Origin: a virus
DNA length: 64,000 nt
Virus record (IMG/VR): IMGVR_UViG_3300037042_003533
Location: 1-64,000 of that record
Direction: 5' to 3' (one strand)
The notes below the pieces were generated by a model. It searched no databases and was not told the origin of the DNA. It worked only from the letters and a program-made list of their open reading frames with translations. Every line of letters begins with the position of its first letter. Within the stretch, counting starts at the first letter, position 1. This document shows positions 36,407 through 46,970 of this stretch, one piece after another. The position numbers were made by a program, and so were the translations under genes.

Positions 36407-37654
36407 ATGGCCTACGCAAGTGTTCGTACTCTTATCCCCCTCGATAATTGGGCTAGGGTTATTCAACTAGACCCAATTCATTTCAATTCTATCCTGACTG
36501 ACCTCAGACCAGAGACCAGCGCCTGTGATAGTGTTTATGCACAGCACGACTGGCAGGACACGGGCAGAGTCTCGCGAGAGGCTGTGGCGATGGCACTGAA
36601 GCAGGCAGAGGATACAGTAACTATCTATCTGGGGTATTTTCCTGTTCCTACTTGGGTTGAAGAGGAAGAGCACGAGCTGACCCGGCCCTTTAAGCCGGAA
36701 CTTTCTTATGCTGTTAATTTGGACATAAGAGGTAAAAAACAGTCTATTGCTACGAGAAGGGGCTACTTCATCGAGGGAGGCAGAAAAGCCAAAGTCCTCA
36801 TTGAAGCAGGAAGTGTAGTAACCTACTCGGATTCAAACGGGGACGGGTATAATGATCTGGCTACAGTCACTGTAGTCACACCTATCACAGAACCATCTGA
36901 AATTTGTGTCTTCTACCCAGGGAAATCTGGCGCTGATATATGGGAGATAAGACCAACAACGGTAACATTCGCAGCAGGTGTGGCTACAATAACTTTCCAG
37001 AAGTACCAGGTTCCCCTTGAAGTGCTAATTGAGAAACTAGCAAACTCCCCCGGTGATCCCAACTTCAGAGCAATTGATGGAGATGTGGATACTAACTTTA
37101 TCCGAACCGCTGACGTGTACAGGGTGTACAACGACCCATCACAGCAACTGAACTTCCTATCAGAAGATAGTTGTGTGTCCTGTGGGGGAACAGGTTGTAT
37201 AGCATGTAATGAGTATTCTGAATCGGGTTGCATGTATCCTAGAAACAGCCGTCTAGGAGTTGTGGCTGTATCTCGGTCAACTTGGGATGCTGTCACAGAA
37301 ACATTTGTGTCCACCAGTTTTACTAACTGCTTGCTGCCGGATAAAGTAAAAATCTGGTATCGTTCCGGTTATCAGAATAGAGACATGGATGTGCCTTTAA
37401 TAAACATGGACCCGACGTGGGAACGTTTGATTGTATATTACAGCTTAACTCTGATTGATACAGAAATCTGTGGCTGTGATAACACCAAGCGTATCATCTC
37501 CTCTATGCGGCAAGACTTAGCTAGACCAACTACCCAAGGGGCTTTTGCAATGACTTCCAGAGACCTGGACTGCCCTCTTGGTACAAGCCGCGCGGGGCTC
37601 ATGCTGTGGAAGAAAATAATCTCGCCGGGCACCCGGCTGGTACAAGCCAGGTGA
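36407..37654 (+). CDS. Putative head-tail adaptor
   Basis: AL..AE..V..YLGY and VKIWYRSG motifs; precedes tail genes. Confidence 0.6.
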   Translation: MAYASVRTLIPLDNWARVIQLDPIHFNSILTDLRPETSACDSVYAQHDWQDTGRVSREAVAMALKQAEDTVTIYLGYFPVPTWVEEEEHELTRPFKPELSYAVNLDIRGKKQSIATRRGYFIEGGRKAKVLIEAGSVVTYSDSNGDGYNDLATVTVVTPITEPSEICVFYPGKSGADIWEIRPTTVTFAAGVATITFQKYQVPLEVLIEKLANSPGDPNFRAIDGDVDTNFIRTADVYRVYNDPSQQLNFLSEDSCVSCGGTGCIACNEYSESGCMYPRNSRLGVVAVSRSTWDAVTETFVSTSFTNCLLPDKVKIWYRSGYQNRDMDVPLINMDPTWERLIVYYSLTLIDTEICGCDNTKRIISSMRQDLARPTTQGAFAMTSRDLDCPLGTSRAGLMLWKKIISPGTRLVQAR

Positions 37655-37671
37655 TTTTAAGGAGAGTTTGA

Positions 37672-37980
37672 ATGCGTGTAAACTATAGTGAAGAAAATGG
37701 AGATATTCAGATCAGGGAAGTTCCCGACAAAGCCGATCCTAAAAGCTATAAATATGGGGTAGTGATCGGCCCACCTGATCTGAGTGATCTTAGTCTTTCC
37801 AGCAAACTTATAAAACAATTATCCAGAGAACTAGCTTTAGCTGGTTTTGGTAATTATAAAGATACGATGAGCAGGAGAGGGGAGCTTCTTGATGTTGTTA
37901 GGAAGGTAACGGGGAATAAAGACAAAACCCTTCTTAAACAAATTTTGTATATCTATCAAAAGAATTACTTTGAGGACTAG
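37672..37980 (+). CDS. Hypothetical protein in neck/tail module
   Basis: AAGGAG RBS, operon position. Confidence 0.6.
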   Translation: MRVNYSEENGDIQIREVPDKADPKSYKYGVVIGPPDLSDLSLSSKLIKQLSRELALAGFGNYKDTMSRRGELLDVVRKVTGNKDKTLLKQILYIYQKNYFED

Positions 37981-37991
37981 GGAGTAAAATT

Positions 37992-39506
37992 ATGCCAAAC
38001 GAAGGTGTTATTATAACGGGCGGAAAAAGCCGCGTTTTCTCGATTGAAGGTCAGGCTGGCCCTGACAATGTGCCGTTTTACCACAGTTGGGCGGCTGCTG
38101 GCTCTGTAGAACAGCCCGTAGGGGATATTACCAGGGTTGAAGCCCCCTCTGTGACAGAGTATGGTGGGTTTGATGTTGTGGGTGAAGTGCTGGGAGCAGA
38201 AGAGAATGCTACCATTACCCTGACCCTGCAAGATCGTATGTCGGTCTCGGAAGTGTTGGGTTATGCTCGCCGTCGTTGTCCTTTTGACCTGCAAATCCAT
38301 CAGGGTTCTTGTCAAGACCCTCGTGACTTTGATGCAGGCTGGGATAAGATTCGTGTGTTCGAGCGTGCCCGCGCAACTGGGTATAGCACGGATGATCTCG
38401 GTTCGCTGGAATCAGGGGACGTGGGCAAGGTAACTGAGAGTCTGGATGTTTCTGCTCTTCGGTACTACGAAATCCTGCCAATGACTTATGCTGAGAAAGC
38501 CACAACCGAAGTAACCAATGAAATCATTGCCATCTCGGTCTGTGACAAGCCGTCCTGCGGTGATTGCAACAACGCTTCTAATGGTTGTAGCAAGGTTTTT
38601 GCTATCTCCGCTCCTGCTGGGAGTTCTCCTGGGCTTGGCTCGGAAGTTATCTTTACGGATGATGGCTTTGCTACTGCTGGAGATTCTCCTATCACTACGC
38701 TGGCTGCTGGGCAAGACCCTGACGACGCCACCTGTGTTGGGCCTAACCTGGTAGTTGTGTCTAATTCTGCTACTGGCTTCGGTATTCACTGGGCTCCTAG
38801 CGCGGACATCCTGGATGGAACAGAAGTTTGGACAAAGGTAACTACTGGACTGGTTGCAGCCCACTATCCTACCTGCATTACTTCTGCTTCTCCAAGAGAT
38901 ACCTGGATGGGTGGTGACGGTGGCTATATTTACTTTGCCACTGACCCAACCAACGGGGTTACGGTGCAGGAAGCTGGTGCTTTGTCGGTTCAGAACATCA
39001 ATGACATCTATGCCTTCTCAACCAAGCTCGTGGTAGCGGTGGGGGCTTTGAACACTATCCTGTACACCACCAATGGTTCGGATTGGTCTCTAATCGCAGG
39101 CCCTGCTGCTCTTGCGGCAGTTAACCTTAATTGTGTAACTATCCGGGGTGAAACTGAGTGGTGGATTGGTGCTGCTAACGGCAGTGTCTACTATACCACA
39201 GACTCAGGTGCTCACTGGAGTTTGAAAGCCTTCCCTGGCTCTGGCGCTGGTTCTATCGAAGCTATCGCGTTTGCTAGTGACACGGTTGGTTATATTTCTC
39301 ACAAGACAGCCGCTCCCAAGGGAGTTATCCTACGCACGATTTCTGGTGGAAACACCTGGTACATCGTTCCCGAAGGAACTTCTACGGTACCGGCTGCTGA
39401 CGCCTTTAATAGTATTGCAGTTTGCATCGACGAAGCCAATATCCTGTACGCAGGTGGGCTGGCCGACAACGCTGCTGATGGCATTATTATCAAGGGCTCT
39501 TACTAA
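37992..39506 (+). CDS. Major tail protein with C-terminal BNR/YCF48-like beta-propeller
   Basis: Upstream of chaperone and tape measure; repeats YTTNGSDW, YTTDSGAHW, RTISGGNTW. Confidence 0.7.
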   Translation: MPNEGVIITGGKSRVFSIEGQAGPDNVPFYHSWAAAGSVEQPVGDITRVEAPSVTEYGGFDVVGEVLGAEENATITLTLQDRMSVSEVLGYARRRCPFDLQIHQGSCQDPRDFDAGWDKIRVFERARATGYSTDDLGSLESGDVGKVTESLDVSALRYYEILPMTYAEKATTEVTNEIIAISVCDKPSCGDCNNASNGCSKVFAISAPAGSSPGLGSEVIFTDDGFATAGDSPITTLAAGQDPDDATCVGPNLVVVSNSATGFGIHWAPSADILDGTEVWTKVTTGLVAAHYPTCITSASPRDTWMGGDGGYIYFATDPTNGVTVQEAGALSVQNINDIYAFSTKLVVAVGALNTILYTTNGSDWSLIAGPAALAAVNLNCVTIRGETEWWIGAANGSVYYTTDSGAHWSLKAFPGSGAGSIEAIAFASDTVGYISHKTAAPKGVILRTISGGNTWYIVPEGTSTVPAADAFNSIAVCIDEANILYAGGLADNAADGIIIKGSY

Positions 39507-39620
39507 ATAGAATAGGCTCAGGCCCTATCTATCCTCTGGTGAGAGGATGTAACAATCTGAGCATACGGGCTACCGAACAAGGGACTAAGGTAGCCCACCT
39601 TTAGTTTATGGGAGAGAGAA

Positions 39621-40181
39621 ATGTCAGATAATTATAATGAAACACTTGGTATTGCCCTAGATAGTGTAAAAGAGACAGAAACTGTTCAGGATGATGGGTA
39701 TATTCATCTTAGTTCTGGGGTTGTGCTGGCCCCCCGCAAAATTAACCCCCTTGTTTTCCAGCAAGTAGCTTCCCAGTTCAAAGACCCTGTTGTACCTTAC
39801 GTATGGGATGAGAAAAAACAACGTAAAGAATACAACCCAATGAATCCAGAATATCTTGAGGAAAAGAAACGGGTTGAAGCTGAGCGTAGCATGGCAACCA
39901 TCGATGCGGTGATTGCTCTGGGGACAAAACTTAGTTCAGAGCACCCTATGCCCCCGGATATTAGTTCACTGGAAGATGATGATTGGATATATGATTTAGA
40001 AGCTGCTGGTCTTGTCTTCGATACAGACAACAAACGTATGCGCTATCGCACATGGGTTAAATTTATTGCTTGCCCGGAAGTTAAGGACATTGAAATTCTT
40101 ACCAATAAGGTGCTTAAATACATCGGGGTGCTAGAGGAGAATGTCGGCGCTGCCGTGGACTCCTTTCAATATAAAACGTAA
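39621..40181 (+). CDS. Tail assembly chaperone (gpG equivalent)
   Basis: Between tail tube and tape measure; GGGAGAGAG RBS. Confidence 0.75.
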   Translation: MSDNYNETLGIALDSVKETETVQDDGYIHLSSGVVLAPRKINPLVFQQVASQFKDPVVPYVWDEKKQRKEYNPMNPEYLEEKKRVEAERSMATIDAVIALGTKLSSEHPMPPDISSLEDDDWIYDLEAAGLVFDTDNKRMRYRTWVKFIACPEVKDIEILTNKVLKYIGVLEENVGAAVDSFQYKT

Positions 40182-40452
40182 TGGGGTTCTGCTTACCCAA
40201 GCGGAAATAAAGACAACGATTGATACCGGGATTACTATGTCTGGTTTTCCTGGCATAGTTAATCCCTTCTATGAGATAGCTGCTTGCAACGCAGCTAATT
40301 ATAAATACTATCACGACTGGCAAGACCTGTCTTCAGAACAAAAGGAAGTTTTAGTTGGGCACTACTTTGCTGGTACACTGTTAGAGAATCATAAATCAGA
40401 CGCTCAAAATCGTGCATCGGAAAAGGCTAGTAAGGGACGAGGCAAGAAGTAG
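40165..40452 (+). CDS. Frameshift extension of the chaperone (gpGT equivalent), +1 frame
   Basis: Overlapping +1 ORF ending 3 nt before the tape measure gene; TCC TTT C at 40161-40167. Confidence 0.65.
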   Translation, partial: FNIKRNGVLLTQAEIKTTIDTGITMSGFPGIVNPFYEIAACNAANYKYYHDWQDLSSEQKEVLVGHYFAGTLLENHKSDAQNRASEKASKGRGKK

Positions 40453-40455
40453 AGA

Positions 40456-43400
40456 ATGCCCGAACAGATTGGTGTTGAGGTTGTTGCAGTGGGAGTTGCG
40501 GCTTTTAGCCGCGCTTTGCGTACTGCCCAAGATGATCTTGAACGGTTTCAAGGGTCTATACTTACATCTGCCAATTCTGCTACCACGTTAGGAAACAACC
40601 TTATTTCCATTGGTGGAAATATGGAGCGTCTTGGGAGGGCAATGACTATTGGAATCACAGCCCCCTTGGGTATTTTAGCAGGCACTCTCATTAGTGCTGG
40701 TATTGCCTTCGAAGACTCTTTCGCAGGTATCACCAAAACAGTTGATGGACTTGGTGTTGGTTTTGACGAGATTAGAAATGCAGCTCAAAGTCAACTTGGA
40801 ATTGTTGTTACCAATATGGATGAGGCTAGAGATGCCGCCGCTAAAATGGGAATATCTTTTGGTGACCTAACCCCATTAGGGGAGGAGGTTAGAAAACAGT
40901 TCCGGGAGATGGCTCTTGAAATCCCTCTAACTGCCTCGGAGTTAAATAAGTTTGGAGAAACGGCTGGGCAATTTGGTGTGGCAGCTTCTGAGATCGAGGG
41001 AGTTACACGATCTATGGCCGCTCTTGAGGTAGCCACTAACTTAGCAGGTGACGCCGCCGGTTCTCAGATAATCCAACTTAGAAACATTACTAAATCTAGC
41101 ATGGATATGTCAGAATTTGTTAATAGAGCTGGCTCTGCCTTGGTTTACTTGGGGAACAGTTCTGTTTCGACAGAAAGTCAGATATTAGATGCCACCATGA
41201 GAATTGCGGCTGCTGGTGACGCTGCAAACTTCACTGAACAGGAGATGTTTGCTTGGGGAACCACTATTTCTGACTTAGGGGTCAGAGCAGAAAAAGGTGG
41301 TACTGCTGTTAGTCGTATGATCAATGAAATGTTGATTGCAGTAGAAACTGGTAGTGATAATCTTGGCACCTTTGCTGGCGTGATGGGAATTAGTGTTGAA
41401 GACTTACAAAAGATGTTTGAAGAAGATGCTTCAAATGCTATCTTTACCTTTACACAAGCTTTAACTACTAATATTAAAGCCGGTAATGTTTCTAAGAAGA
41501 TGCTGACTGAGTTGGGTCTTGGTGGTGTGAGAGCTATTGATGTTGTTCAAAGGCTTTCTGGGGCCCAAGATATGTTTACTACTAACTTGGATAATGCTAA
41601 TAAATCTTGGGCCGAAGGAGTTGCTCTTCAAGAAGAGGCGGAGAAACGTTATAACACAGTTAAAAGTCAGATTCAATTAACCAAGAACGCTTTCAATGAT
41701 TTAGGGATTACTATCTTTGATTTAGTGAAGGGAGATATTAGCAACCTTCTCGAAAAAATACGAGAAGGCATAACTTGGTTTAAGAACTTAGATGCTGGTC
41801 TTATAAAAACAATCCTAAAGTTTGCCGGAATTGCAGCAGCAATCGGGCCAGTGCTAGTTGTACTGGGAGCACTTATATCGGCAGTCGGAACTGTATTTAC
41901 AGCTATAGGGGGTATTCCTACTGCGCTGAAGTTAATAAGCCGGACTCTACTTAGCACACTTGGCCCCGTGGGGCTTCTGATCTCTGGACTTATGCTGTTA
42001 ATCCCCCTCCTTTCAGGTACTGGGTTCAAGCTTAATATAGATTTCTCAGAAATTATAGATAAATTTAATGGTCTCGTAGAAACAGTTAAAACAAGTTTAG
42101 GGGAAATTGTCTCAGCTTTCGCAAATCTTAAAATTGGGGATACGGGTCTGCTTGAGTCTTTACAAGGTTTACTAGACACCCTCATCAACAGTATTATAAA
42201 TAAAATTACTAGTGTAATGGAATTCTTCCAAGACATGGCTAAAGGATTCTCTGACACTTTTACACCCTTTATAGTTGACAAAGGCCCCCAAATAGAGCGT
42301 ATTCTAATCAACGTGAAAACTATTGTAGACGAAGTTAGAACAGCTTTTGAAAAAGCAGGAGCTGCTATCGCTGCTGCTTTAGGGTTAAATACTAATGGAA
42401 CGGGAGTAGGGGAATTTCTTGGGGCCTTAGCTGGTCTAGCTTTCGAGGAGCTACTAAATGGTCTTGAGGCAGTTACTGGTTTTATTGCTAAGTTAGATGA
42501 GGGTATTACCAAAATCGCAGAGAACCAGGCAGTAAAGGATGTTATAAGTGGGATTGCTGATTCTTTTATTAGAATAAGGGACGCCGCTGCGGGAATATCT
42601 GTTTCTTGGATTAACGGAGTTGCTAGTGGATTCCAAAATATCACTAATTCTATAGCAAATTCAGAAACATTACAGAGTTTTGTGTCTTTAATAAAAACAT
42701 TGTTTGATATAATTTCTAAGTTTGCTTGGCAAGCAATAAACGATAACGTGAATAATCTAAAAGATGCTGTTAGAGGATTCATTGAGGGTATTACACCTTT
42801 TATTCAATCACAGGGCCCCAGGCTGCAACAAATCTGGGAAAATCTAGCAACAGTTTGGGAAAGATTAGGGCCCCTGTTTGAGGCGATAGAAAAACTAGCC
42901 CAAGCCTTTGAGAAACTAGGCGCGGCGGCTGGTATTAATGTTGATTGGGAAACTATCGGAAAATTCTTTGGGTTTTTGGCTGGTCTAGTTCTCGATGGAA
43001 TTATTCGTGGGATTGAGTGGTTCACAAAATCCTTAATTGATGCTGTCAGTATAATGACAATTTTAGTAAACGCGGGTACACGGTTTGTTTTATTTCTTCA
43101 AAATTCTTCTGGAACTATAAGCGGTGTAGCTGCAAATATAGGTAGTGCTATAAGCAGAGCTTTTAGTCCGATAGTAAATTTATTTGATGCTGCCCGAAAT
43201 AGTATAGACCGGATGAAAGAAACTTTTTATGGAGTCCAGAACACAATTAATAATGTTATGTGGTCATTTGATATGTTACAATGGAAGATTGGAAACGTTG
43301 TAAATACTGCCAAATGGTATCTCGACCAACTAGGATCAAAAGTACAAGAAGTTCTCAGAATGATCACAGGATCACCGGAACTAATCATTCAGCACCCCTT

Positions 43401-43641
43401 CGAGAAATTTGAAGGTTATTTGAAAGCAGTTGATTTTAGCAAGCTTATAGAAGGCTCCATGGCTCTAAACAGTATGAATCAAATATCAATGGTAGCCCCC
43501 TCTGCTTCTAGTAATCAACAAACTATTACCAACGACCGCCGTGTACAGGCCAATATTACCGGTGTTCCCATGGACACTGCTAGTGGTATAGTAGACATCT
43601 TGCAGCGTCAAACTAGGATGGCAGAGGTATTCCAGTCATGA
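40456..43641 (+). CDS. Tape measure protein
   Basis: 1061 aa, helical and Ala/Gly-rich, TP901-like core (FEDSFAGITKT, AE.GGTA.SR). Confidence 0.93.
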   Translation: MPEQIGVEVVAVGVAAFSRALRTAQDDLERFQGSILTSANSATTLGNNLISIGGNMERLGRAMTIGITAPLGILAGTLISAGIAFEDSFAGITKTVDGLGVGFDEIRNAAQSQLGIVVTNMDEARDAAAKMGISFGDLTPLGEEVRKQFREMALEIPLTASELNKFGETAGQFGVAASEIEGVTRSMAALEVATNLAGDAAGSQIIQLRNITKSSMDMSEFVNRAGSALVYLGNSSVSTESQILDATMRIAAAGDAANFTEQEMFAWGTTISDLGVRAEKGGTAVSRMINEMLIAVETGSDNLGTFAGVMGISVEDLQKMFEEDASNAIFTFTQALTTNIKAGNVSKKMLTELGLGGVRAIDVVQRLSGAQDMFTTNLDNANKSWAEGVALQEEAEKRYNTVKSQIQLTKNAFNDLGITIFDLVKGDISNLLEKIREGITWFKNLDAGLIKTILKFAGIAAAIGPVLVVLGALISAVGTVFTAIGGIPTALKLISRTLLSTLGPVGLLISGLMLLIPLLSGTGFKLNIDFSEIIDKFNGLVETVKTSLGEIVSAFANLKIGDTGLLESLQGLLDTLINSIINKITSVMEFFQDMAKGFSDTFTPFIVDKGPQIERILINVKTIVDEVRTAFEKAGAAIAAALGLNTNGTGVGEFLGALAGLAFEELLNGLEAVTGFIAKLDEGITKIAENQAVKDVISGIADSFIRIRDAAAGISVSWINGVASGFQNITNSIANSETLQSFVSLIKTLFDIISKFAWQAINDNVNNLKDAVRGFIEGITPFIQSQGPRLQQIWENLATVWERLGPLFEAIEKLAQAFEKLGAAAGINVDWETIGKFFGFLAGLVLDGIIRGIEWFTKSLIDAVSIMTILVNAGTRFVLFLQNSSGTISGVAANIGSAISRAFSPIVNLFDAARNSIDRMKETFYGVQNTINNVMWSFDMLQWKIGNVVNTAKWYLDQLGSKVQEVLRMITGSPELIIQHPFEKFEGYLKAVDFSKLIEGSMALNSMNQISMVAPSASSNQQTITNDRRVQANITGVPMDTASGIVDILQRQTRMAEVFQS

Positions 43642-44591
43642 CAGTAAGAAACTTCCGCCGTGCTGTTACTGAGTTAATCCAGTACATCACGCCAGACGGC
43701 ATTGTAGTTAATCTACACGATCCTCCTGGTGGGAGGTCTATCTTGCTCTACGAGGGCGACGGCTTACCCTCGCTTTCCTATGATACTACTAGAGGCCCCT
43801 TCCAACACGGTTCAAGTGTTCTGGGGGCTAAAGAACCAGAACGGGAAATAAATCTAGCGGTTCGCTGGAATGCCTGTGACCGTGATGAATATTGGGATAT
43901 GCGTCATGAGTTTGGAAACTACATGCGCCCTAATCGTACAGATATGAACAACCCAGAGCCTGGGATTATCCGAAGAGTTCTCAGTAATGGCGAAATCTAT
44001 GATCTAGACGTTTATCTTGTAGAAGGGCCAAAATATGTTTTTCCAGCAGAGTGGGATCATTTCTCTTTCCAAGAAGCTTTATCTTTTATTGCTTACAACC
44101 CTATTCTCTACAAGCCAGAGGATATAACTTGTACTTTAACTGACTTTGATCCCGGCGTTTTGCCAGATATTGTTTTTCCTTTCGAGTTTCCTTTTGAGTT
44201 TGCAGAAGAAGACCCGACGGTAGCCAAGTCCTGTGTTATTAACTATGATGGTAACTGGGAATCGTTCCCCATCATCACTGTGGAAGGCCCATGGACAAAT
44301 CTACTAATAACTCACACCAACACTGGGGATGTGATCGAGATAGTAGGCTACACATCGCCAGCAGCCGAGATAACAACATTTGACCTGACCTACAACGTGA
44401 AAACTATTCAAACGGGAGCTGGTATATCATTGATGGGCTATCTGGTCAACCCCAACGATCTGGGAACTTTCAGTATAGAGCCGGAACCAACTGTTGCGGG
44501 GGGTATCAATACCATCAGTATAACTGTAGAGGGTGGCACGGCTGCCACAGAAGCTATCATAACGTATAAAGAGAGGTTTATCACAATCTAA
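43638..44591 (+). CDS. Distal tail protein (Dit-like)
   Basis: Follows tape measure; REINL, AYNP..Y, FPFEFP, NYDG...FP.I...GP. Confidence 0.8.
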   Translation: MTVRNFRRAVTELIQYITPDGIVVNLHDPPGGRSILLYEGDGLPSLSYDTTRGPFQHGSSVLGAKEPEREINLAVRWNACDRDEYWDMRHEFGNYMRPNRTDMNNPEPGIIRRVLSNGEIYDLDVYLVEGPKYVFPAEWDHFSFQEALSFIAYNPILYKPEDITCTLTDFDPGVLPDIVFPFEFPFEFAEEDPTVAKSCVINYDGNWESFPIITVEGPWTNLLITHTNTGDVIEIVGYTSPAAEITTFDLTYNVKTIQTGAGISLMGYLVNPNDLGTFSIEPEPTVAGGINTISITVEGGTAATEAIITYKERFITI

Positions 44592-46969
44592 TGGCTGAAG
44601 ACTCTGCATATTGGGGAGGACATTTAATAGGGGACGCCGCTTCCGCAACTTTGTGGCAAGCTCCCTACTCGTCTGCCGAGTGGTCAGATGTACTGTCAAA
44701 ACTCCTTACCTCTAATAATACGCTTGGTGGTTATATTGTTCCTGACTGTGATAGTGAGTTAGTTGTTACAGAAGCTAACCCTGCTGCTATGTCAGTGCGA
44801 GTCTTTGCTGGGGTCATGAACATCCACGGGCGAGTGTATGAGAATACCACTACTGAGACACTAGTCATTGGAGCTAACGCCACAGGCAACCCTCGAATTG
44901 ATAGGGTTGTAGTTAGAATAAGTGTTGCTGCCCAAACTATTCGTCTGGCGGTTTTGCCGGGAGCTGCTGCTGCCTCTCCTTCTCTGCCTGCTTTAACCCA
45001 GACTGCCGCAACCTATGAAATATCCCTGGCCTACATTTGGGTAGCAAACGGGGCAGCTACTATTGTAGATGAAGACATCCATGACGAGAGATTGTTTCTT
45101 GCCAGTTCCGGCAACAGTGAAGATGTTACTCCTGTCGATAACCTGATCCGGAACAGTGAGTTTTATGGTTACAGCAAGATGAGTGGATTTGCTGTTGCTA
45201 CTGATCCCCCGGATGGTTGGAGTTTGGTGTCTACTCCTGCATCTATTGGGTTCTATGCTAAACCTGCTCAAATGGTTCGAGGGAGAGCTTTAGAAATAAT
45301 TGCTAATGGTGCTTCAGAAGGAATTTCTTACACCTTCTCTGTGCTGGCTTCTACTTCCTATGTTATTAAATTATTGACGCAGGTCACTGCTGGGGATATT
45401 GGGTCAATTGTGGTAACAACAAATGCTGCTGCTCCCACCACGATAACTCGCTACACTAGAAGAACTGCCGCCTGGATAGAAGAGTTAATTTATTACACGA
45501 CAGAAGCCGACGCTACTACCATGACAGTTCAGTTACTAGCTTTAGCAAACACCGATGTGATTCAATATGGGCAGGTACTTGCCGTCAAAGGCCATATTCC
45601 AGGGCCCTTTAGAATGTGTAAGGAAGTTATCTACCACATTAAGGGTGTAACTGATACCAACTGGGCGGCGGATACTAAGTCGGATGGAACTACTACCATC
45701 GATCTAGATGCGGACTTCCAAGCAATTATTCCCGGTGGGGCAAAGAAAGTTTTAGTTGGGTTAAAGGCCCAAGATTCTACTGTTGCAGGAGATAATATTC
45801 TAACTGAATATGCTGTTGCTAATCAAGATGTAGGAGTTCCTCTGCGGGGCCCTTCTGGAGCGGGGGGAACAGCCGCTATAACTGGAACCGGGACTCCTAT
45901 TCGTATAGGCGATAGTGCTAATTTAGACTATTGGGAGGCCCAATCCTTTACAACAATTACATCTGGTAGATTATCTCAACTGACATTTACTTTACTAGCC
46001 AACACCGGAACACCAGTTGGGGACATTACTTGGGAAATCTGTACCAACAATGTATCAGTGCCATCTGCAACAATTTTGCAGACTGGCACAATTACTCCCA
46101 CTGCAAGTGCAGTTAACACAGTAACTATTACTAATGGAGTATTTCTTAGCACAGGTACTACATATTGGCTTGTATTGCATCTTCCGGATCAAACCACAAA
46201 TAATGGTTGTAATTTGGATTGTCAAGATTCTTCCGACCCTGATGGTAACATGGCCTACAGTACAAATGGGGGAGGTTCTTGGACAGCCACTACGTATGAT
46301 TGTGCCTGTACTATTACTACCAACCCCGTTAGTGTCGGGGATAAATTAGCTCAATCCTTCCAAATAGCTGCTGACTCTTCCGTAACAGGAGTTAAACTAT
46401 ACTTACTCAAGGTTGGTTCGCCTGTCGGAACAATGACCTTACGCATCGAAACTAACAATGCAGGGTCGCCTTCGGGGAACTTAGCTCATGCCAATGCTAC
46501 AATAACTTTGGCTGAGAGTGGGCTGGGGGCTGCTTATGCTCTAACAACATTTGCTTTTGCCACGGCTGCTTCCTTATCAGCAGCTACAACATACTGGATA
46601 GTTCTATCGACAGACCGTGTTGCTAGTACAAGTAACTATGTCCTGTGGGGAAGTGATGCTTCGGCTCCCGGATATGCTTCTGGAGAACTGAAGTCTCAAG
46701 TTGGAGCAGCTTGGAGTGCTGAGTCTAAGGATGGGTGCTTCCAAGTTTACTTAACTATTGTAGCTTTAACTTCCAGTTTATCAGCGAGGGCAAAATCTGG
46801 TACAATTGATTTTGCAAAAGTAAGTCTAGCTGGGTTGGTGGGTAGTACAAATTATTATGGGCAGGGATGGGTTCCGGTAGACTCACTTAACAGATTTGAT
46901 CTTTATGTTGTTGATACCATAGCTAGTTCACTTATTTGTACTGTGTTGCTGTTAGGATTGGAGATATAG
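44591..46969 (+). CDS. Receptor-binding/baseplate protein 1 with two inserted repeat domains
   Basis: NPRIDRVV..P.LP.LTQ..YEISLA anchor, CBM-like domain, two AQSF..L..G.P.G..YW.VL domains. Confidence 0.8.
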   Translation: MAEDSAYWGGHLIGDAASATLWQAPYSSAEWSDVLSKLLTSNNTLGGYIVPDCDSELVVTEANPAAMSVRVFAGVMNIHGRVYENTTTETLVIGANATGNPRIDRVVVRISVAAQTIRLAVLPGAAAASPSLPALTQTAATYEISLAYIWVANGAATIVDEDIHDERLFLASSGNSEDVTPVDNLIRNSEFYGYSKMSGFAVATDPPDGWSLVSTPASIGFYAKPAQMVRGRALEIIANGASEGISYTFSVLASTSYVIKLLTQVTAGDIGSIVVTTNAAAPTTITRYTRRTAAWIEELIYYTTEADATTMTVQLLALANTDVIQYGQVLAVKGHIPGPFRMCKEVIYHIKGVTDTNWAADTKSDGTTTIDLDADFQAIIPGGAKKVLVGLKAQDSTVAGDNILTEYAVANQDVGVPLRGPSGAGGTAAITGTGTPIRIGDSANLDYWEAQSFTTITSGRLSQLTFTLLANTGTPVGDITWEICTNNVSVPSATILQTGTITPTASAVNTVTITNGVFLSTGTTYWLVLHLPDQTTNNGCNLDCQDSSDPDGNMAYSTNGGGSWTATTYDCACTITTNPVSVGDKLAQSFQIAADSSVTGVKLYLLKVGSPVGTMTLRIETNNAGSPSGNLAHANATITLAESGLGAAYALTTFAFATAASLSAATTYWIVLSTDRVASTSNYVLWGSDASAPGYASGELKSQVGAAWSAESKDGCFQVYLTIVALTSSLSARAKSGTIDFAKVSLAGLVGSTNYYGQGWVPVDSLNRFDLYVVDTIASSLICTVLLLGLEI

Positions 46970-46970
46970 A

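Noticed and set aside
41673-42782. 369-aa minus-strand ORF
   Set aside because: Antisense shadow of the tape measure gene, with no RBS or motifs
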